Assembly: GCF_006345805.1 (NCBI RefSeq)
Contig: NC_043019.1
Span: 22,133,360-22,197,359, forward strand
Reading direction: 5' to 3'
Length of the DNA stretch: 64,000 nt
From: Octopus sinensis
Taxonomy: Eukaryota
This document shows positions 50,338 to 63,790 of this stretch, in pieces. The position numbers were made by a program, and so were the translations under genes. Numbering within the stretch: the first letter of the stretch is position 1; the number at the start of each line of letters is the position of its first letter. The notes under the pieces were generated by a model. It ran no database searches, was not told the DNA's origin, and saw nothing but the letters and a program-made list of their open reading frames with translations.

Positions 50338-50755
50338 TATTTCTTTATTACCCACAAGGGGCTAAACATAGAGGGGACAAACAAGGACAGACATAGGTAT
50401 TAAGTTGATTACATTGACCCCAGTGCATAGCTGGTACTTAATTTATCGACCCCGAAAGGATGAAAGGCAAAGTCGACCTTTGCAGAATTTGAACTCATAA
50501 CGTAACGGCAGACGAAATACCTATTTCTTTACTACCCACAAGGGGCTAAACATAGAGGGGGACAAACAAGGATAGACATAGGTATTAAGTCAATTACATC
50601 GACCCAGGTACGCAGCTGGTACTTAATTTATCGACCCTGAAAAGATGAAAGGCAAAGTCGACCTCAGTGGAATTTGAACTCCCAACATAACGGCAGACGA
50701 AATATCGCTAAGCATTTCGCCTGGTGTGCTAACGTTTCTGCCAGCTCGCCGCCTT
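50338..50755 (-). mobile_element. Dimeric SINE family 1
   Basis: Same junction cagacgaaatacc|tatttc as 40271-40668. Confidence 0.85.
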
Positions 50756-51353
50756 TCGCACACACATACTTTTTAGCTTTATCTGTACCTGTTTCAGCCA
50801 CTGGACTGCAGGCCATGGTGGGGCATGCCTTGAAGGGTTTTAGTCAAAAAAATTGACATAGGTATGACTGTGTGGTAAGAAGTTTACTTCTCAACCACAT
50901 GGTCACGGGTTCAGTCCCACTGTGTGGCAACTTGTGCAAGTGTCTTATACTATAGCCTTGGGCCGACCAAAGCCTTGTGAGTGGATTTGGTAGACGGAAA
51001 CTGAAAGAAAGCAGTCAGACACACACGTCCACTGTATATGTGTGTGTGACTTTGTGTCTGTATTTGTCCCTCACCACCACTTGACAACTGGTGTTGGTGT
51101 GTTTATGTCCCCATGACTTAGTAGTCTGGCGAAAGAGACCAACAGAATAAGTACCAGGCTTAGAAAAGAAAATAGGTACTGGGGCCAATTCATTTGACTA
51201 AAAATTCCTCAAGGCAGGGCTCAAGCACGGCTGCAGTCGAATGAATGAAGTGAAAAAAAATATATGAGGGGGTAGATGTAGTGAATGATGGAGAAGGGGA
51301 TGGATTGTATTCAACTATTTGTGTTAATTTTTCCATGCAAACATGGGTTAGAA

Positions 51354-51635
51354 CACTAGTTCTCAACCGGGGTCTGCAATAGCATTTTAAGGGCCCCTGG
51401 AAAAATTTTGCTTTAGATCTATGTATTGGTATGTATTGCACAAAACAGCTAGGTTTCTTTTTATAACATTTTACATAGTTTAACCTACACAAGTGAATGT
51501 GTGAAAAACAAAATAGGAATTTAGAAAGAACTTTCTCTGTAACTAGATTTTTAAATACTGAATGGCTAGGGAGGTCCACCAGAATAAGATAGTAATCAAA
51601 GGGGTTCATAGATAAAAAATGGTTGAGAATCCTTG
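51354..51635. mobile_element. hAT-like MITE
   Basis: ..GTTCTCAACC / GGTTGAGAA.. termini, near-TSD ggttagaa / ggttaaaa. Confidence 0.65.
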
Positions 51636-51722
51636 GGTTAAAAGAATGTATTGGGGTAACATAAGAATTAGTTGCCCAAAAATTTTTTTGAATTAGAAAG
51701 CAAAAAACTTTGAAAACATTGT

Positions 51723-51728
51723 TTTATT
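51723..51728 (-). terminator. Probable MPP10 polyadenylation signal AATAAA
   Basis: About 30 nt after the stop codon on the minus strand. Confidence 0.55.
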
Positions 51729-51756
51729 TACATTTGGAACTTAGAACCAATTTAAT

Positions 51757-51900
51757 TTACAGCTTTAACGATATTGCAGATTTGTGGCTCACTTTCTGCT
51801 TTTTGGCAGAATGTCTAGATGAAATATCATTGGACCTGACTTCATTTTGGAGTTGACTGAAGAATGCAGCTGAAGAATTCACCTTTTTCTTATCTTTGGT
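51757..51900 (-). CDS. MPHOSPH10: MPP10 terminal exon
   Basis: TKDKKKVNSSAAFFSQLQ...SAISLKL*. Confidence 0.92.
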   Translation of the reverse strand, partial: TKDKKKVNSSAAFFSQLQNEVRSNDISSRHSAKKQKVSHKSAISLKL

Positions 51901-54900
51901 CTGAAAAAATTTTTTTTAAATAAGATGTTAGAATTAATGAAAGAATAAAGAATATTAAAAGAAGAGAAAAAAGAAAAGGAGAAAGAATGAGACAAAGAAT
52001 ATAAGAGTAAAAATATATGAATAAAAAGAAAAAAAAAGAAAGAAAAGAAACAGAAAAGATAAAGAAAAAAAATCAAAGAAATGTATAGAAGAGAAAAAGT
52101 AAAAAAAAAAGAATGAGAAAAGAAAGGAAAGATGAGATGAAGAAATCTGAAAGAAAAATCAAAAACAAATAAAAATAAGAGTAAGGAGAGTGCCAAGCAT
52201 TTCACATAGTGCTCTACTGATTCTGTGAAACCCACCACCTTATGACTCTGAGCCCTGTACTCTAGCCCCTTGTGACAGTTCTTGACACACTGTCTGAATA
52301 AAAGATAGGGAGGCCATAACTGGAAGGCCTTTGATAATAGGCCTTGCTTAATCAGAGCTGACTCGGGGTTAAAAACAAGAACAATCACTTGATCATTTTA
52401 TCTTAATAAATCAATGCTAGATGTGTCGAAACAATTGTCGTGTTTAATAATTAATTCTTGTATATTCCATCTTCCATTTGCTATATATATATATATATCT
52501 TTTTACTCTTTTACTTGTTTCAGTCATTTGACTGCGGCCATGCTGGAGCACTGCTTTTAGTCGAACAAATCGACCCCGGGACTTATTCTATCACTCTCTT
52601 TTGCCGAACCACTAAGTGACGGCGACGTAAACACACCAGCATCGGTTGTCAAGCAATGCTAGGGGGACTAACACAGACACACAAACATACACACACACAC
52701 ACACATATATATATATATCTTTCAGTTTCCGTCCACCAAATCCACTCACAAGGTTTTGGTCGGCCTGAGGCTATAGTAGAAGACACTTGCCCAAGATGCC
52801 ACACTGTGGGACTGAACCCGGAACCATGTGGTTGGTAAGCAAGCTACTTACCACACAGCCACTCTTGCACCTATATATATATATATATATATCATCATCA
52901 TCATTTAATATCCATTTTCCATGTTGGCGTGAGTTGGATGGTTTGACTGGAACTGGTAGACTGGAGCACTGCACCAGGCTCCACCCATTTGCTTTTGCTT
53001 GGTTCTATGGCTGGATGCCCTTCCAAATGCCAACCACTCAACAGAGTGTACTGAGATCTTTTACATGTCACTGGCAATGACCATGGGTTCATTTAGCTTG
53101 ACACGTCTTCTCAAGCACAATATTTATAAGTGTGTTTGGGGGGGGGGTATATATTTAGCAATATAATGAATTATGTCCCATCATACTAAAAAAAAAAGGG
53201 GGGTGGGTCAAACTTCAACATTCAATAAATAAAAACCCATAAAAAAAAAGAGACTAAAATAAATACAGGGATTTTATGATTGAATGCCCTGTCCCAACAG
53301 GGTCAAAGTCCCAAAACCTGTGAAAACAAACCAATACCAACCTTCAGAATTGTTATTCGTTTGCTCCCTTTACTCTGTTTTTCCAGTTTCCTCAATGCCA
53401 TAGCTTTGGCAGTCTTTTCTGAAGTTGGATTCAAGCCTTCTGTTGCTTTCTGTTGCTTTTCTTTCTCTTTCTGTTTCAATTTGTACAAATTTTTCTTCAT
53501 TTTCCGTTGACGTTTTTTGTCAGCAGCGGAAAACTCTGATTTTCCCTTCAGGGTCGTTTGGAGAGGTTCCTAGGAGAAAAAAAAAAAGAAATAAACTCAC
53601 AAGACTAATACACACGAGTGGGAATTTAGTAGAGAGGGAATGTGGCTTTATACAAAGTTGCTTAGGCCAATATGACAGAGAGGACAGGAACAGGTTTGTT
53701 GTGGTAAAGATACATGGCAACCTTACATTACATAAAGCTAAGTGGGAGTAATTGGGCGGCGGGCAAGTAGAGACTTCAAACTTGAAATCTTCAAAGCCAC
53801 AGTCGAACCAATTCTACTATATGGCTCAGAAACCTGGACGTTATCAAAGAAGCTTGAGAGGCAGTTGGATGGAACCTACACTCGCCTCCTTATGAGAGCT
53901 CAAAATCTCTCGTGGAAGCGTCATCCAACCAAAATGCAAATATATGGGAAACTACCACCTGTGTCATCTCTTGTGAAAGGTAGGAGAGTCCAGTTTGCTG
54001 GACATTGTTGTAGATCCGAAAATGAGGCAATTTCTACTCTTCTCCTCTGGAAGCCATCTACTCGCAATACCAGAGGGCGCACACTCTCCTACCCTGATGT
54101 AATCTCCAGGGATACAGGCATCCAGCAACAGGACCTCAGTAATGCTATGATGGACCGTGAAGTCTGGCGTAGCATGGTAAATTCCATTGTCTTGACCATG
54201 GTGAAACAATGATTGGGGGGGGGGGGAGATAATGTGTGAAAGTGTACCTTAAGGTATAAGAAGATGAAGAGAGGGTATGAACAGAAGATCAAGAAGAGTG
54301 GCTGCCAGAGTGTGTGGCAGGAGGGAGTGATGGTTAGATGGGGGCAGGGGTGAAAGGGGTGGTTTATGGTAAATATGAGTCGGGGAAAAGTTATGTGATG
54401 TGAATGAGGGATGGATGTCAACAGAAGCGAAGCAAACATGAAATAAATGACTTACCAGTAATTCTTTGGGCGCCGCCAGCTGTAGTTCACTGACTGATAC
54501 AGGAGCAACTTCTTCCATGGTGATGGATGGTAGATTAGACACTATTTTCACGTCAGATATTGGCTGAAATTAACACACATTTTAATTAAAGAGGAAAATA
54601 TACATACAGTAATTAAATATATAATTGCAATAAATATAGTACAGAAGTGCAATTACAAGTCTGTGTGTGTGTGTGTGTATAGACGCAGGCGTGGCAGTGT
54701 AGTAAGAAGCTTGTTTCCCAAACACATGGTTCTGGATTCAGTCCCACTGTGTGGCACCCTTGGCAAATGTCTTCTACTATGTGGAAGCACTCCGTCGGTT
54801 ACGACGACGAGGGTTCCGGTTGATCCGATCAACGGAACAGTCAGCTCGTGAAATTAACGTGTAAGTGGCTGAGCACTCCACAGACACGTGTACCCTTAAC

Positions 54901-57900
54901 GTAGTTCTCGGGGATATTCAGCGTGACACAGAGAGTGACAAGGCCGGCCCTTTGAAATACAGGTACAACAGAAACAGGAAGTAAGAGTGAGAGAAAGTTG
55001 TGGTGAAAGAGTACAGCAGGGATCACCACCATCCCTGCCGGAGCCTCGTGGAGCTTTAGGTGTTTTCGCTCAATAAACACTCACAACACCCGGTCTGGTA
55101 TTCGAAACCGCGATCCTACGACCGTGAGTCCGCTGCCCTAACCACTGAGCCATTGCGCCTATAGTCTACTATAGTCTCAGGCCAACAAAAGCCTTGTGAT
55201 TGGATTTGGTACTTAATTTATCGACCCCAAAAGGATGAAAGGCAAAGTGGGTTAGGAAGGCTTTGAAAAATACATAAATTTTCAAAAAACTTTTCTTTTC
55301 TTAACCAAAAGGTATCTCTTATTGTTTTTGAGTTCTATATGATGGGTTGAGTGGGAGAAGGGGGAACCCAGGGCTCTCCTACATTTTATTTCTTCACTGT
55401 TTTACATCAACTTTAACAATTAATGAAACCAAATGACATACCACCAAGCCCTCAACAATGTTTTTTTATATTTGAACTGGTTTCAGTCACTGGACTGTGG
55501 CCATGCTGGGGCACCACCTTGAAGGATTTATTTCCAACAAATCGACCCCAGTACTTATTTTGTTAAGCTTGGTACTCATTCAGTTGGGTTTTTTTTTTCA
55601 CCAAAGCAATAAGTTACAGGGATGTAAACAAACCAACACCTGTTGTCGAGTAGTGGTGGGGGACAAAGACAAAGGCACACATACACAGATACATATTAAC
55701 TTCATTCATAAAGCTTTGGTTGGCCCAAGGTGCCATGCAGTGGGACTGAGCCTTGAACCATGTGATTGGGAAGTAAACCTCTTACCACATGGTCACACCT
55801 GCATCTAATTCTAAGTGCTGATTGTAAATTTGTTTTCTCTAACGCAGTCACATACACTCATTGATACATAAAAGAGAGAGATTTCTCTTTGTAGCTTACC
55901 AACTTTGGTGTGAAGTGGAAGTTTGATAGGGCGTCTAATTTCAGAAAAAGGGAATTCATCATTTTGTCAATTTCTTCATGTAATGGGTCTTCTCCTTTCT
56001 CCTTGTCATTTGTTTCAGGCTGAAAAAAAAAAAAGACAACAGAACATCACCAACATCATCATCATCAACTTCAGCATTGTCATTACCTATTTCTTTACTA
56101 CCCACAAGGGGCTAAACACAGAGGAGACAAACAAGGACAGACATAGGTATTAAGTCGATTACATCGACCCCAGTGCGTAACTGCTACTTAATTTATCGAC
56201 CCCGAAAGGATGAAAGGCAAAGTCGACCTCGGCGGAATTTGAACTCACAACATAACACAGACGAAATACCGCTAAGCATTTCGCCCGACGTGCTAACGTT
56301 TCTGCCAGCTCGCAGCATTGTCATTACCACCACCACCAAGGTGGGCAGAAAAACTGCTTCAAAGATTCACACAAAGCCTCACTGAAGTGCTTTTAGATCA
56401 GCCCTGACACCTGAGAAATGCAAACACAGGACCAATCTACCTAGCATAGCTGCTCCAACAGAGGTACCACCTCCTACGAACAGAATAGAATGTCAAATAA
56501 TCGCATCAAAGTCTCAAAGCTGAAAGACAATGCTGCATGATACATTAAAAACAATGTGAATAAATAAGCATTACGGTTGGCAGAGAAATCGTGAATGCCA
56601 AAAGGCTACGACATTTTAGTCTTTGTGTTCAACATTCATTTAACTATGGTGACTATAACTGTTTGTTCTGCTGCTCTGTAGGATTAAGATTATCTTACCT
56701 GCTGTTGTTGAAGGAATTCTTTCTCATAGATTTCTCCAAGACTCAATTTACTCTTCTCCTGGTCGAGTACAACAGCTTTCTTGTATTCAAATGGTGTCAC
56801 GGGTACTTTGGATTTTCGTTCAACATCATCCCAAGCCTGCAAATAAAAGGGTAACATGCCATCATCATCATCACTACCATTACCATCATTGTCATCACCA
56901 CCACTATTCCCCTCCTCTGCCATCACAATAACAATAATAATCCTTTCTACTAAAAGCACAAGGCCTGAAATTATTGGGGAAGGGGCTAGTCGATTACATC
57001 GACCCCAGTGCTTCATTGGTACTTAATTTATCGATCCCGAAAGGAAGAAAGACAAAGTCGACCTTGACAGAATTTGAACTCAGAACATAAATAATAATAA
57101 TGATGGTGATGCATGTGCCTGGTGTACCCTTATCAGACAGGCAGTCATGAAGGGTATGTTAGCCCTTGTATTTGTACCCCAATGTCACTTTGATGGTATG
57201 CCTTGCTCTTTCACTCAATAATAATAATTGTTTAAAATTTTGGCAAAAGCCCAGCAATTAGAGAAGGAGGGAGCAAGTTCATTACATTGATCCCTGTACC
57301 TGACTGGTACTTTATCTGATCGCTCTGACAGGAAATGCAAAGTCAGTCTTGGCAAAATTTGAACTTAGAATGTAAACAGGAGTGGCTGTGTGGTAAGTAG
57401 CTTGCTAACCAACCACATGGTTCTGGGTTCAGTCCCACTGCGTGGCATCTTGGGAAAGTGTCTTCTGCTATAGCCCCGGGCCGACCAATGCCTTGTGAGT
57501 GGATTTGGTAGACGGAAACTGAAAGAAGCCTGTCGTATATATGTATATATATATAAGTGTGTCTGTGTTTGTCCCCCTAGCATTGCTTGACAACCGATGC
57601 TGGTGTGTTTACGTCCCCGTCACTTAGCGGTTCGGCAAAAGAGACCGATAGAATAAGTACTGGGCTTACAAAGAATAAGTCCCGGGTCGATTTGCTCGAC
57701 TAAAGGCGGTGCTCCAGCATGGCCGCAGTCAAATGACTGAAACAAGTAAAAGAGTAAAAGAGTAGAGTAAAAAGAACTTGAAGTAATGCCACTAAGCCTT
57801 TAGTCGTTGTCATCATTGTCAGCAGCAGCAGCTGCCACCACCACCACCACCACCACCACCACCAGCAGCAGCAGCAGCAGCTGCCATCCTGTTCCTTTTC

Positions 57901-60900
57901 CCATGCTTGTGTGAGTCTTTCTTTCCAACACAGCTACCACTTGTTGCAATCTTTTGTCACCGGTTTTGTGGAAGTTCAGTTTCCTAAGATCATCCTTCAC
58001 CACTTTTGGCCATGTCTTCCTTAGTTTTACTCCTCCCTTGGATCTTTCCACATTAGTCTCCTGCACATTACATGTCCATATCACCATAGCCACCGGCCTT
58101 GCACACTACAATTGATTCTTCTTATATGCCCAGTTTTTCTCTCAGTACCTCTTATATCTCGTCATTCATACACATCAACATTCCACACACACACAGCAGA
58201 TCATGCTTACTTCATTTCTTTCCATCCTTCACATAGGCGCAGGAGTGGCTGTGTGGTAAGTAGCTTGTTTACCAACCACATGGTTCCGGGTTCAGTCCCA
58301 CTGTGTGGCACCTTGGGCAAGTGTCTTCTACTATAGCCTTGGGCCAACCAAAGCCTTGTGAGTGGATTTGGTAGACGGAAACTGAAAGAAGCCCACTGTA
58401 TATATGTATATATATATATGTGTATGTGTGTTTGTGTGTCTGTGTTTGTCCCCCTAGCATTGCTTGACAACCGATGCTGGTGTGTTTATGTCCCCATCAC
58501 TTAGCGGTTTGGCAAAAGAGACCGATAGAATAAGTACTGGGCTTACAAAGAATAAGTCCCGGGGTCAAGTTGCTTGATTAAAGGCGGTGCTCCAGCATGG
58601 CCGCAGTCAAAATGACTGAAACAAGTAAAAAGAGAAAAAAGAAAGGAAGAGATATCCTCTGCATTCAGTGCTCTCCACATCTCATTACAATTCATACATG
58701 AGTCAAACAATCTACCCTTTTATTCAGAGGGACAAATACATTGTCAACAGCAACCACCATCATTTGACGTCCACCTTTCCATGCTTGCATGGGTCAGACA
58801 GAATTTATTGAAGCAGATTTTTTTATGGCTGGATGCTCACCAGTTTCCAAGTAAGGTACTATGTTCCTGTTACCAGATATGTTTCTCATGGAAAACAGGA
58901 AACAAACAACCTCGCTTGTATGACAATGATGCTCATTTACAACCATCATTATGTCTAGACAAGAGTTCACATACACATACAGAGGGCTGCTTTCAGTTTC
59001 TGTCTATCAAATCCACTCCCAAGGATTTTGTTGGTATGGGCTATAGTAGAAGAAACTTGCCCTTGGTGTCATGCAGTGGAACTCAATCCAAGATCACACA
59101 GTTAGGAAGCAAGTTCTTCAACCATGCTTGGTAAACATAATAACTCACTGGACGTTTTCCCCACTTTTAACCAAAACGCAACATAAGCAATGTATTTTGT
59201 TAAGAAATGTGATCAGGATATGATTAAGATAATTAGCAGAGACAATTATAGGAAGAAAACTAATTAACAAATTTACTTGGTCTTTGATTCTTTGAATAAT
59301 GAGGTCTTCAATGGTCTTTGTGGATTCTTCAGTGATATCAGGTGCTGAAATATTAAGGAGATTTTTAGTGTTGTAGTATCTGATTATATATGCACATTTT
59401 ATATACATATATATACACACACATACATGTGTATGTGTGTGTGTATATACAAACATACATGTACACACACACAAGGTGCATTCCAGAAGTTCTGAGACTT
59501 TTTCAGGTGAGACATTTATTGCTGAGTACTTTAAGACATGTATACCCTTAACTTAGTTCGTAGGGCGATTCAGCATGACTACTCATTTTGCCAGTTGAGT
59601 GGACTGGAGCAACAGGAAATAAAGTGTCTTGTTCAAGGACACAATGTGTTGCTGGAAATTGAACTCACAACCTTACGATTGTGAAGTGAATACTCTAACC
59701 CAGTGGTTTTCAACCAGGGTTCTGCAGAACCTTAGGGTTCCGCTAGTACAATCCAGGGGTTCTGCAAGAAGTTACAAAAATGCTAAAATCGGTAGTAATT
59801 TTTAATTCTCCTGTGCAGATATGTGTGCATAAGACTATTAAATTATTGCACAGGGGTTCCTCGAGCCAGTGGAATGTTTCCTTGGGGTTCCGCTCCAGCA
59901 AAGAGTTTGAAAAGCACTGCTCTAACCACTAAGTCATGCACACACATCATCATCATAAACATCCATTTTTCCATGTTTGAATGGGTCAGATTTTGCATGG
60001 CCAAATGCCCTTCCTGTCATCAACCCTCACCTGTTTCCAATCGAAGTAATATTTCCCTAAAGCCAGAAATGTTGTTGAAGAATATTGGAACGACACTGCT
60101 TGTATGACAGTGACAATCATTTACAACTGCCACACAATGTCAAGACAAAGAGACACAAACATATGCAGACACATTATATATATGTGATGGGCTGAGTTCA
60201 GTTTCTCACACTGATTTGGTTCACCCAGAGCTACAGTAGAAGACAAATGCCCAAGGTACCATGCAGTGGGATTGAACTTGGAACTGTGTGGTTGGGAAGC
60301 AATCCTCTTACAACAGAGCCAATCTGTGTATCATATATATATATTCACAGAAAAAACATTTGAGCGAGGTCATTGCCAGTGCTCCTGGACTGGCTCCTGT
60401 GCAGGTGGCACATAAAAAACACCATTTGAGTGTGGCGATTGCCAGTACCACGTGACTGGCCCTCGTGCCGGTGGCACGTAAAAGCACCCACTACACTCTC
60501 GGAGTGGTTGGTGTTAGGAAGGGCATCCAGCTGTAAAAACTCTGCCAGATCAAGATTGGAGCCTGATGTGGCCATCTGGTTAGCCAGTCCTCAGTCAAAT
60601 CGTCCAACCCATGCTAGCATGGAAAGCGGACGTTAAACGATGATGATGATTCAATTAAAATAAAATAAGAAAAAAGTTCTCCTCAAGCCCAAAATACTTA
60701 CGTAACTTTAAGGTGGAATCAAACTGAACATGTTCTTCTAGAAGACTATTTTCAGGTCTGGCAGTAGCGTTAATTTCTCCTTTCAGTTGCCAGGGACTCT
60801 CAGAAACACTTGCTTTTTCAAGCTTAGCAATTTTGTTCTTCAACTACAAAATGAAAAAATATCAAAATGAAATTGAACAAAAGTCATTATGACGATAATG

Positions 60901-63256
60901 ATGATTATTATTAGCAAGATCACCACTACCATCATCATCACTATCATCATTATTGTGATCATGTAAAATGCATTTTGTTCTTGGGTAGCAACTGTTATTT
61001 CCTATTTGCTTGCACCTAGAGAGTATCACAAATAGCTAATATTTCCTTCAAACCTTGCTTTGGTTACGTTTATTCTAACCCCAAAGATTCCCTCTCAACA
61101 CATGGCTATGATGCTCCCCCACACTACTCCTGCTCAAGATCAAAGATACACATAACATCAGCCACTAAGGGACATCCTTAAGTGGTTAAGGTCAAGCAAC
61201 TGACGAGGAAATCTGTGATATTGAGCAGAATATTTGCTATACTGATATTTCTGCTTCAGCCACTCAGTGCTGAATCTATCTGAAATGTAATGGAAAATAG
61301 GTCAGGTTCAAAACAATGATGTATGGGTCACAAAAGCAAAGTCTGAAGGGAATAGAAACAATTTCCTTTGGTTTCTAGATAGAAGCAAAGCAGAAATAAC
61401 AATTACTGACCAAAGACAAAAGACAAAAAAAAAAGATAAAAATTTTGTTACGCAGTATAATTACTCATCTACCAGTCATACACACCCACCAGCCTCCCAG
61501 GCATATTCACTACATAAAATACTCACTCTCTCTTGCCGTAGTTCAAATGTAGATTTATTCGCCTGGCCACCAACAATCTCTGAAATGTCTTCTCCTTCTT
61601 CACTCTTGTTTTCACTGTGAAATGAAACAAAAGAAAAAAAGAAAAAATGGAATCAATTCTGAAAGAGAAAAAGACGAAGAGAAAGAAAGAATCAACACTG
61701 CTGCTTGACAGACTGGTGTGGTATTTATTGACCCCCCCCCCACCAAAACAAAGTTGACCTCTGCAGGATTTGAACTCAGAACAGAGAGTCAGAACAAATA
61801 CTGCAAAGTATTCTAACCAGTACTCTTCACCACTCTGCCAATGCATGTGTGAGTGTATGTGTGCATACATGTGCATGTGTGCTTATGCAACATAGAAGCA
61901 CCTGTACTGATGCTGTGTAAAAGCACCCAGTACACTCTGCAAAGTGTTTGGCATTAGGAAGGGCATCCAACCATAGAAACCATGCCAAAACAGACAGTTG
62001 GAGCCCAGGCGGCTCTTCAGCTGACCAGCTCCTGTCAAACTGTCCAACCCATGCCATTATGGAAAACAGACATTAAATGATGATGATGATGATGATACCA
62101 AATCTACCCACAAGATTTTAGCTGGCCTGGGGCTATAGTAGACAACATTTACCCAAGATGTCATGCAGTGGGAATGAACTCATGCGCTAGTGTTGTAAAC
62201 AAACAGATCGCTCATATTCAATGCATGTGTTTTGCTTGTTTGCCAGTACACTGTGGGAACGACCCCTTCAAAGAGCCGGGGTGTTAAAACACTTGAAAGT
62301 CACAGACAAGCAAATTAAGCCATAGGTTTGTGGATGGTTGATGGGTTAGATGTAGAGCTGAAGAAGGAGCAAGATCTCCTGAAATACACATATACATCCA
62401 TGACCTTTTTTTTTTTTTATCTTTGATCACTCCTGAATGGGATTAGGGGCCAGTTGTCTCACCTGTCAATAACTTTCAGGTGTTTTAACATCCAATACTT
62501 TAAGGGAGTCATCCCACTGTGCTGAACCACAGCGTACTGGCAATCAAGCAAAACACATACACTGAGTATGTGTGGTTGATAATATATATTTATTCCAGCC
62601 GTGTGGTTGGGAAGCAGACTTCTTCAGCACGCAGACATACAACTATGCCTGCATCTAAGCATGTGTATGTATGTATCCATGTATATGTATACTTTCATAA
62701 ATATGTGAGATTTAAGTGAGAATTTCTGATCACATCACACCTCACCCACCCAAAGTATCAAATTCATCATCATCGTTTAGCATCCGCTTTCCATGCTAGC
62801 ATGGTTGGACGATTCAACTGGGGTGTGGAAAGCCAGAAGGCTGCACCAGGCCCAGTCTGATCTGGCAATGTTTCTACGGCTGGATGCCCTTCCTAATGCC
62901 AACCACTCCGTGAGTGTAGAAATTCATCATCATCATCATCATCATTTAGCGTCCACTTTCCATGCTAGCATGGGTTGGACGGTTCAACTAGGGTCTGTGA
63001 AGCTGGAAGGCTTCGTCGGGCCCAGTCAGATCTGGCAATGTTTCTACGGCTGGATGCCTTTCCTAACGCCAACCACTCCGTGAGTGTAGTGGGTGCTTTT
63101 TACGTGCAAATTATAAGATAAAAAAAACTGACAAGAAACTTACTCCTCATTTTGGTCATCATTGTCATCAATATCAGCAAACTTCACTTTCTTTTGATTA
63201 AGTGTTTCCATGGGACCTCTAAAGAAATCCTTGAATTTCAAATCTTTTACATTTTC
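51757..63256 (-). CDS. MPHOSPH10: U3 snoRNP protein MPP10, 5'-partial; exons 63144-63256, 61527-61614, 60702-60843, 59277-59344, 56699-56836, 55900-56019, 54456-54563, 53342-53569, 51757-51900
   Basis: Spliced: KSTFELRQER-LKNKIAKLE..PWQLKGEI..RPENSLLEE..IEDLIIQRIKDQ-AWDDVERK..LDQEKSKLSLGEIYE..LFLKLDALSNFHFTPK..NLPSITMEEVAPVSVS..AAFFSQLQ..SLKL*; all GT-AG with consistent phases. Confidence 0.96.
52497..52870 (-). mobile_element. SINE family 2 copy (internally deleted)
   Basis: Homology to the other copies. Confidence 0.82.
53342..53569 (-). CDS. MPHOSPH10: MPP10 exon
   Basis: EPLQ..SEFSAADKKRQRK..ITILK. Confidence 0.9.
53750..54215 (+). mobile_element. RTE-type LINE 3' fragment (different family)
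   Basis: FKATVEPILLYGSETWTL..RRVQFAGHC..LLWKP..DREVWR. Confidence 0.88.
54456..54563 (-). CDS. MPHOSPH10: MPP10 exon
   Basis: PISDVKIVSNLPSITMEEVAPVSVS. Confidence 0.95.
54785..55160 (-). mobile_element. tRNA-derived SINE (family 3-related)
   Basis: A box tggctcagtggttag, B-box-like gtttcgaatacc, non-tRNA body. Confidence 0.78.
55900..56019 (-). CDS. MPHOSPH10: MPP10 exon
   Basis: ..MMNSLFLKLDALSNFHFTPKL. Confidence 0.95.
56088..56312 (-). mobile_element. SINE family 1 with 16-bp TSD
   Basis: TSD cagcattgtcattacc at 56072-56087 and 56313-56328. Confidence 0.9.
56699..56836 (-). CDS. MPHOSPH10: MPP10 exon
   Basis: AWDDVERK..LDQEKSKLSLGEIYEKEF. Confidence 0.95.
57377..57770 (+). mobile_element. 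SINE family 2 copy
   Basis: Homology to the other copies. Confidence 0.86.
58232..58635 (+). mobile_element. SINE family 2 copy
   Basis: Homology to the other copies. Confidence 0.86.
59277..59344 (-). CDS. MPHOSPH10: MPP10 exon
   Basis: PDITEESTKTIEDLIIQRIKDQ. Confidence 0.93.
59701..59919. mobile_element. hAT (Charlie-like) MITE inserted in a SINE head
   Basis: CAGTGGTTTTCAA...TTGAAAAGCACTG, 8-bp TSD CTCTAACC (59693-59700 / 59920-59927). Confidence 0.87.
60702..60843 (-). CDS. MPHOSPH10: MPP10 exon
   Basis: PWQLKGEINATARPENSLLEE. Confidence 0.95.
61527..61614 (-). CDS. MPHOSPH10: MPP10 exon
   Basis: ENKSEEGED..NKSTFELRQER. Confidence 0.9.
63144..63256 (-). CDS. MPHOSPH10: MPP10 exon
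   Basis: ENVKDLKFKDFF..KKVKFAD; tttcag / gtaagt. Confidence 0.85.
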
Positions 63257-63394
63257 CTGAAAGAGGAAGAAGAAAGATGAACAAATCAAAAATAAATTAT
63301 ATCTATATATTTATACAAACATATCGATTTATCTATCTAACTACCTATCTATATATGAAAAGGTTTATTCTTATGTCAAGTTATATATATATAT

Positions 63395-63790
63395 ACTAGC
63401 AGTATCGCCCGCCGTTGCTCGGGTTTGTAAGGGAAATAACTATATAAGCATTTTTAGAGATGTAAAGTAAAATAGCCATCTCAATATGGCTAACCACAAA
63501 GGGGGATGTTACTGTAGCTTTTTACGTTCTGAGATTTAATAATACATTTTTAGAGAGTTACTTCCCTTATATAAGCCAAAAATGCATTAAAAATGGGAAA
63601 AATGATGGTAAATTTTTTTTAAATCATAGACTCATCGTAGACGCGCACTAATACCCCAGAAGGGCTCGATATGAATCATGACTATAAGACACTCGCTTTT
63701 GGTTAAACTGCACCGCAAAATGTGGGAGTAGTTAGGAATCTAAATCATAGGAGACAGACACCACACAACCTCACTTTTATATATATTGAT
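63395..63790 (+). mobile_element. Non-autonomous Helitron/HINE-like element, second copy
   Basis: Homologous to 19194-19493 with about 90 bp extra internal sequence. Confidence 0.6.

Noticed and set aside
51900-63144. Intronic C/D snoRNAs in MPP10
   Set aside because: TGATGA hits come from (CAT)n tracts; no convincing C/D pair with terminal stem seen by eye (a snoscan or cmsearch run would be needed)
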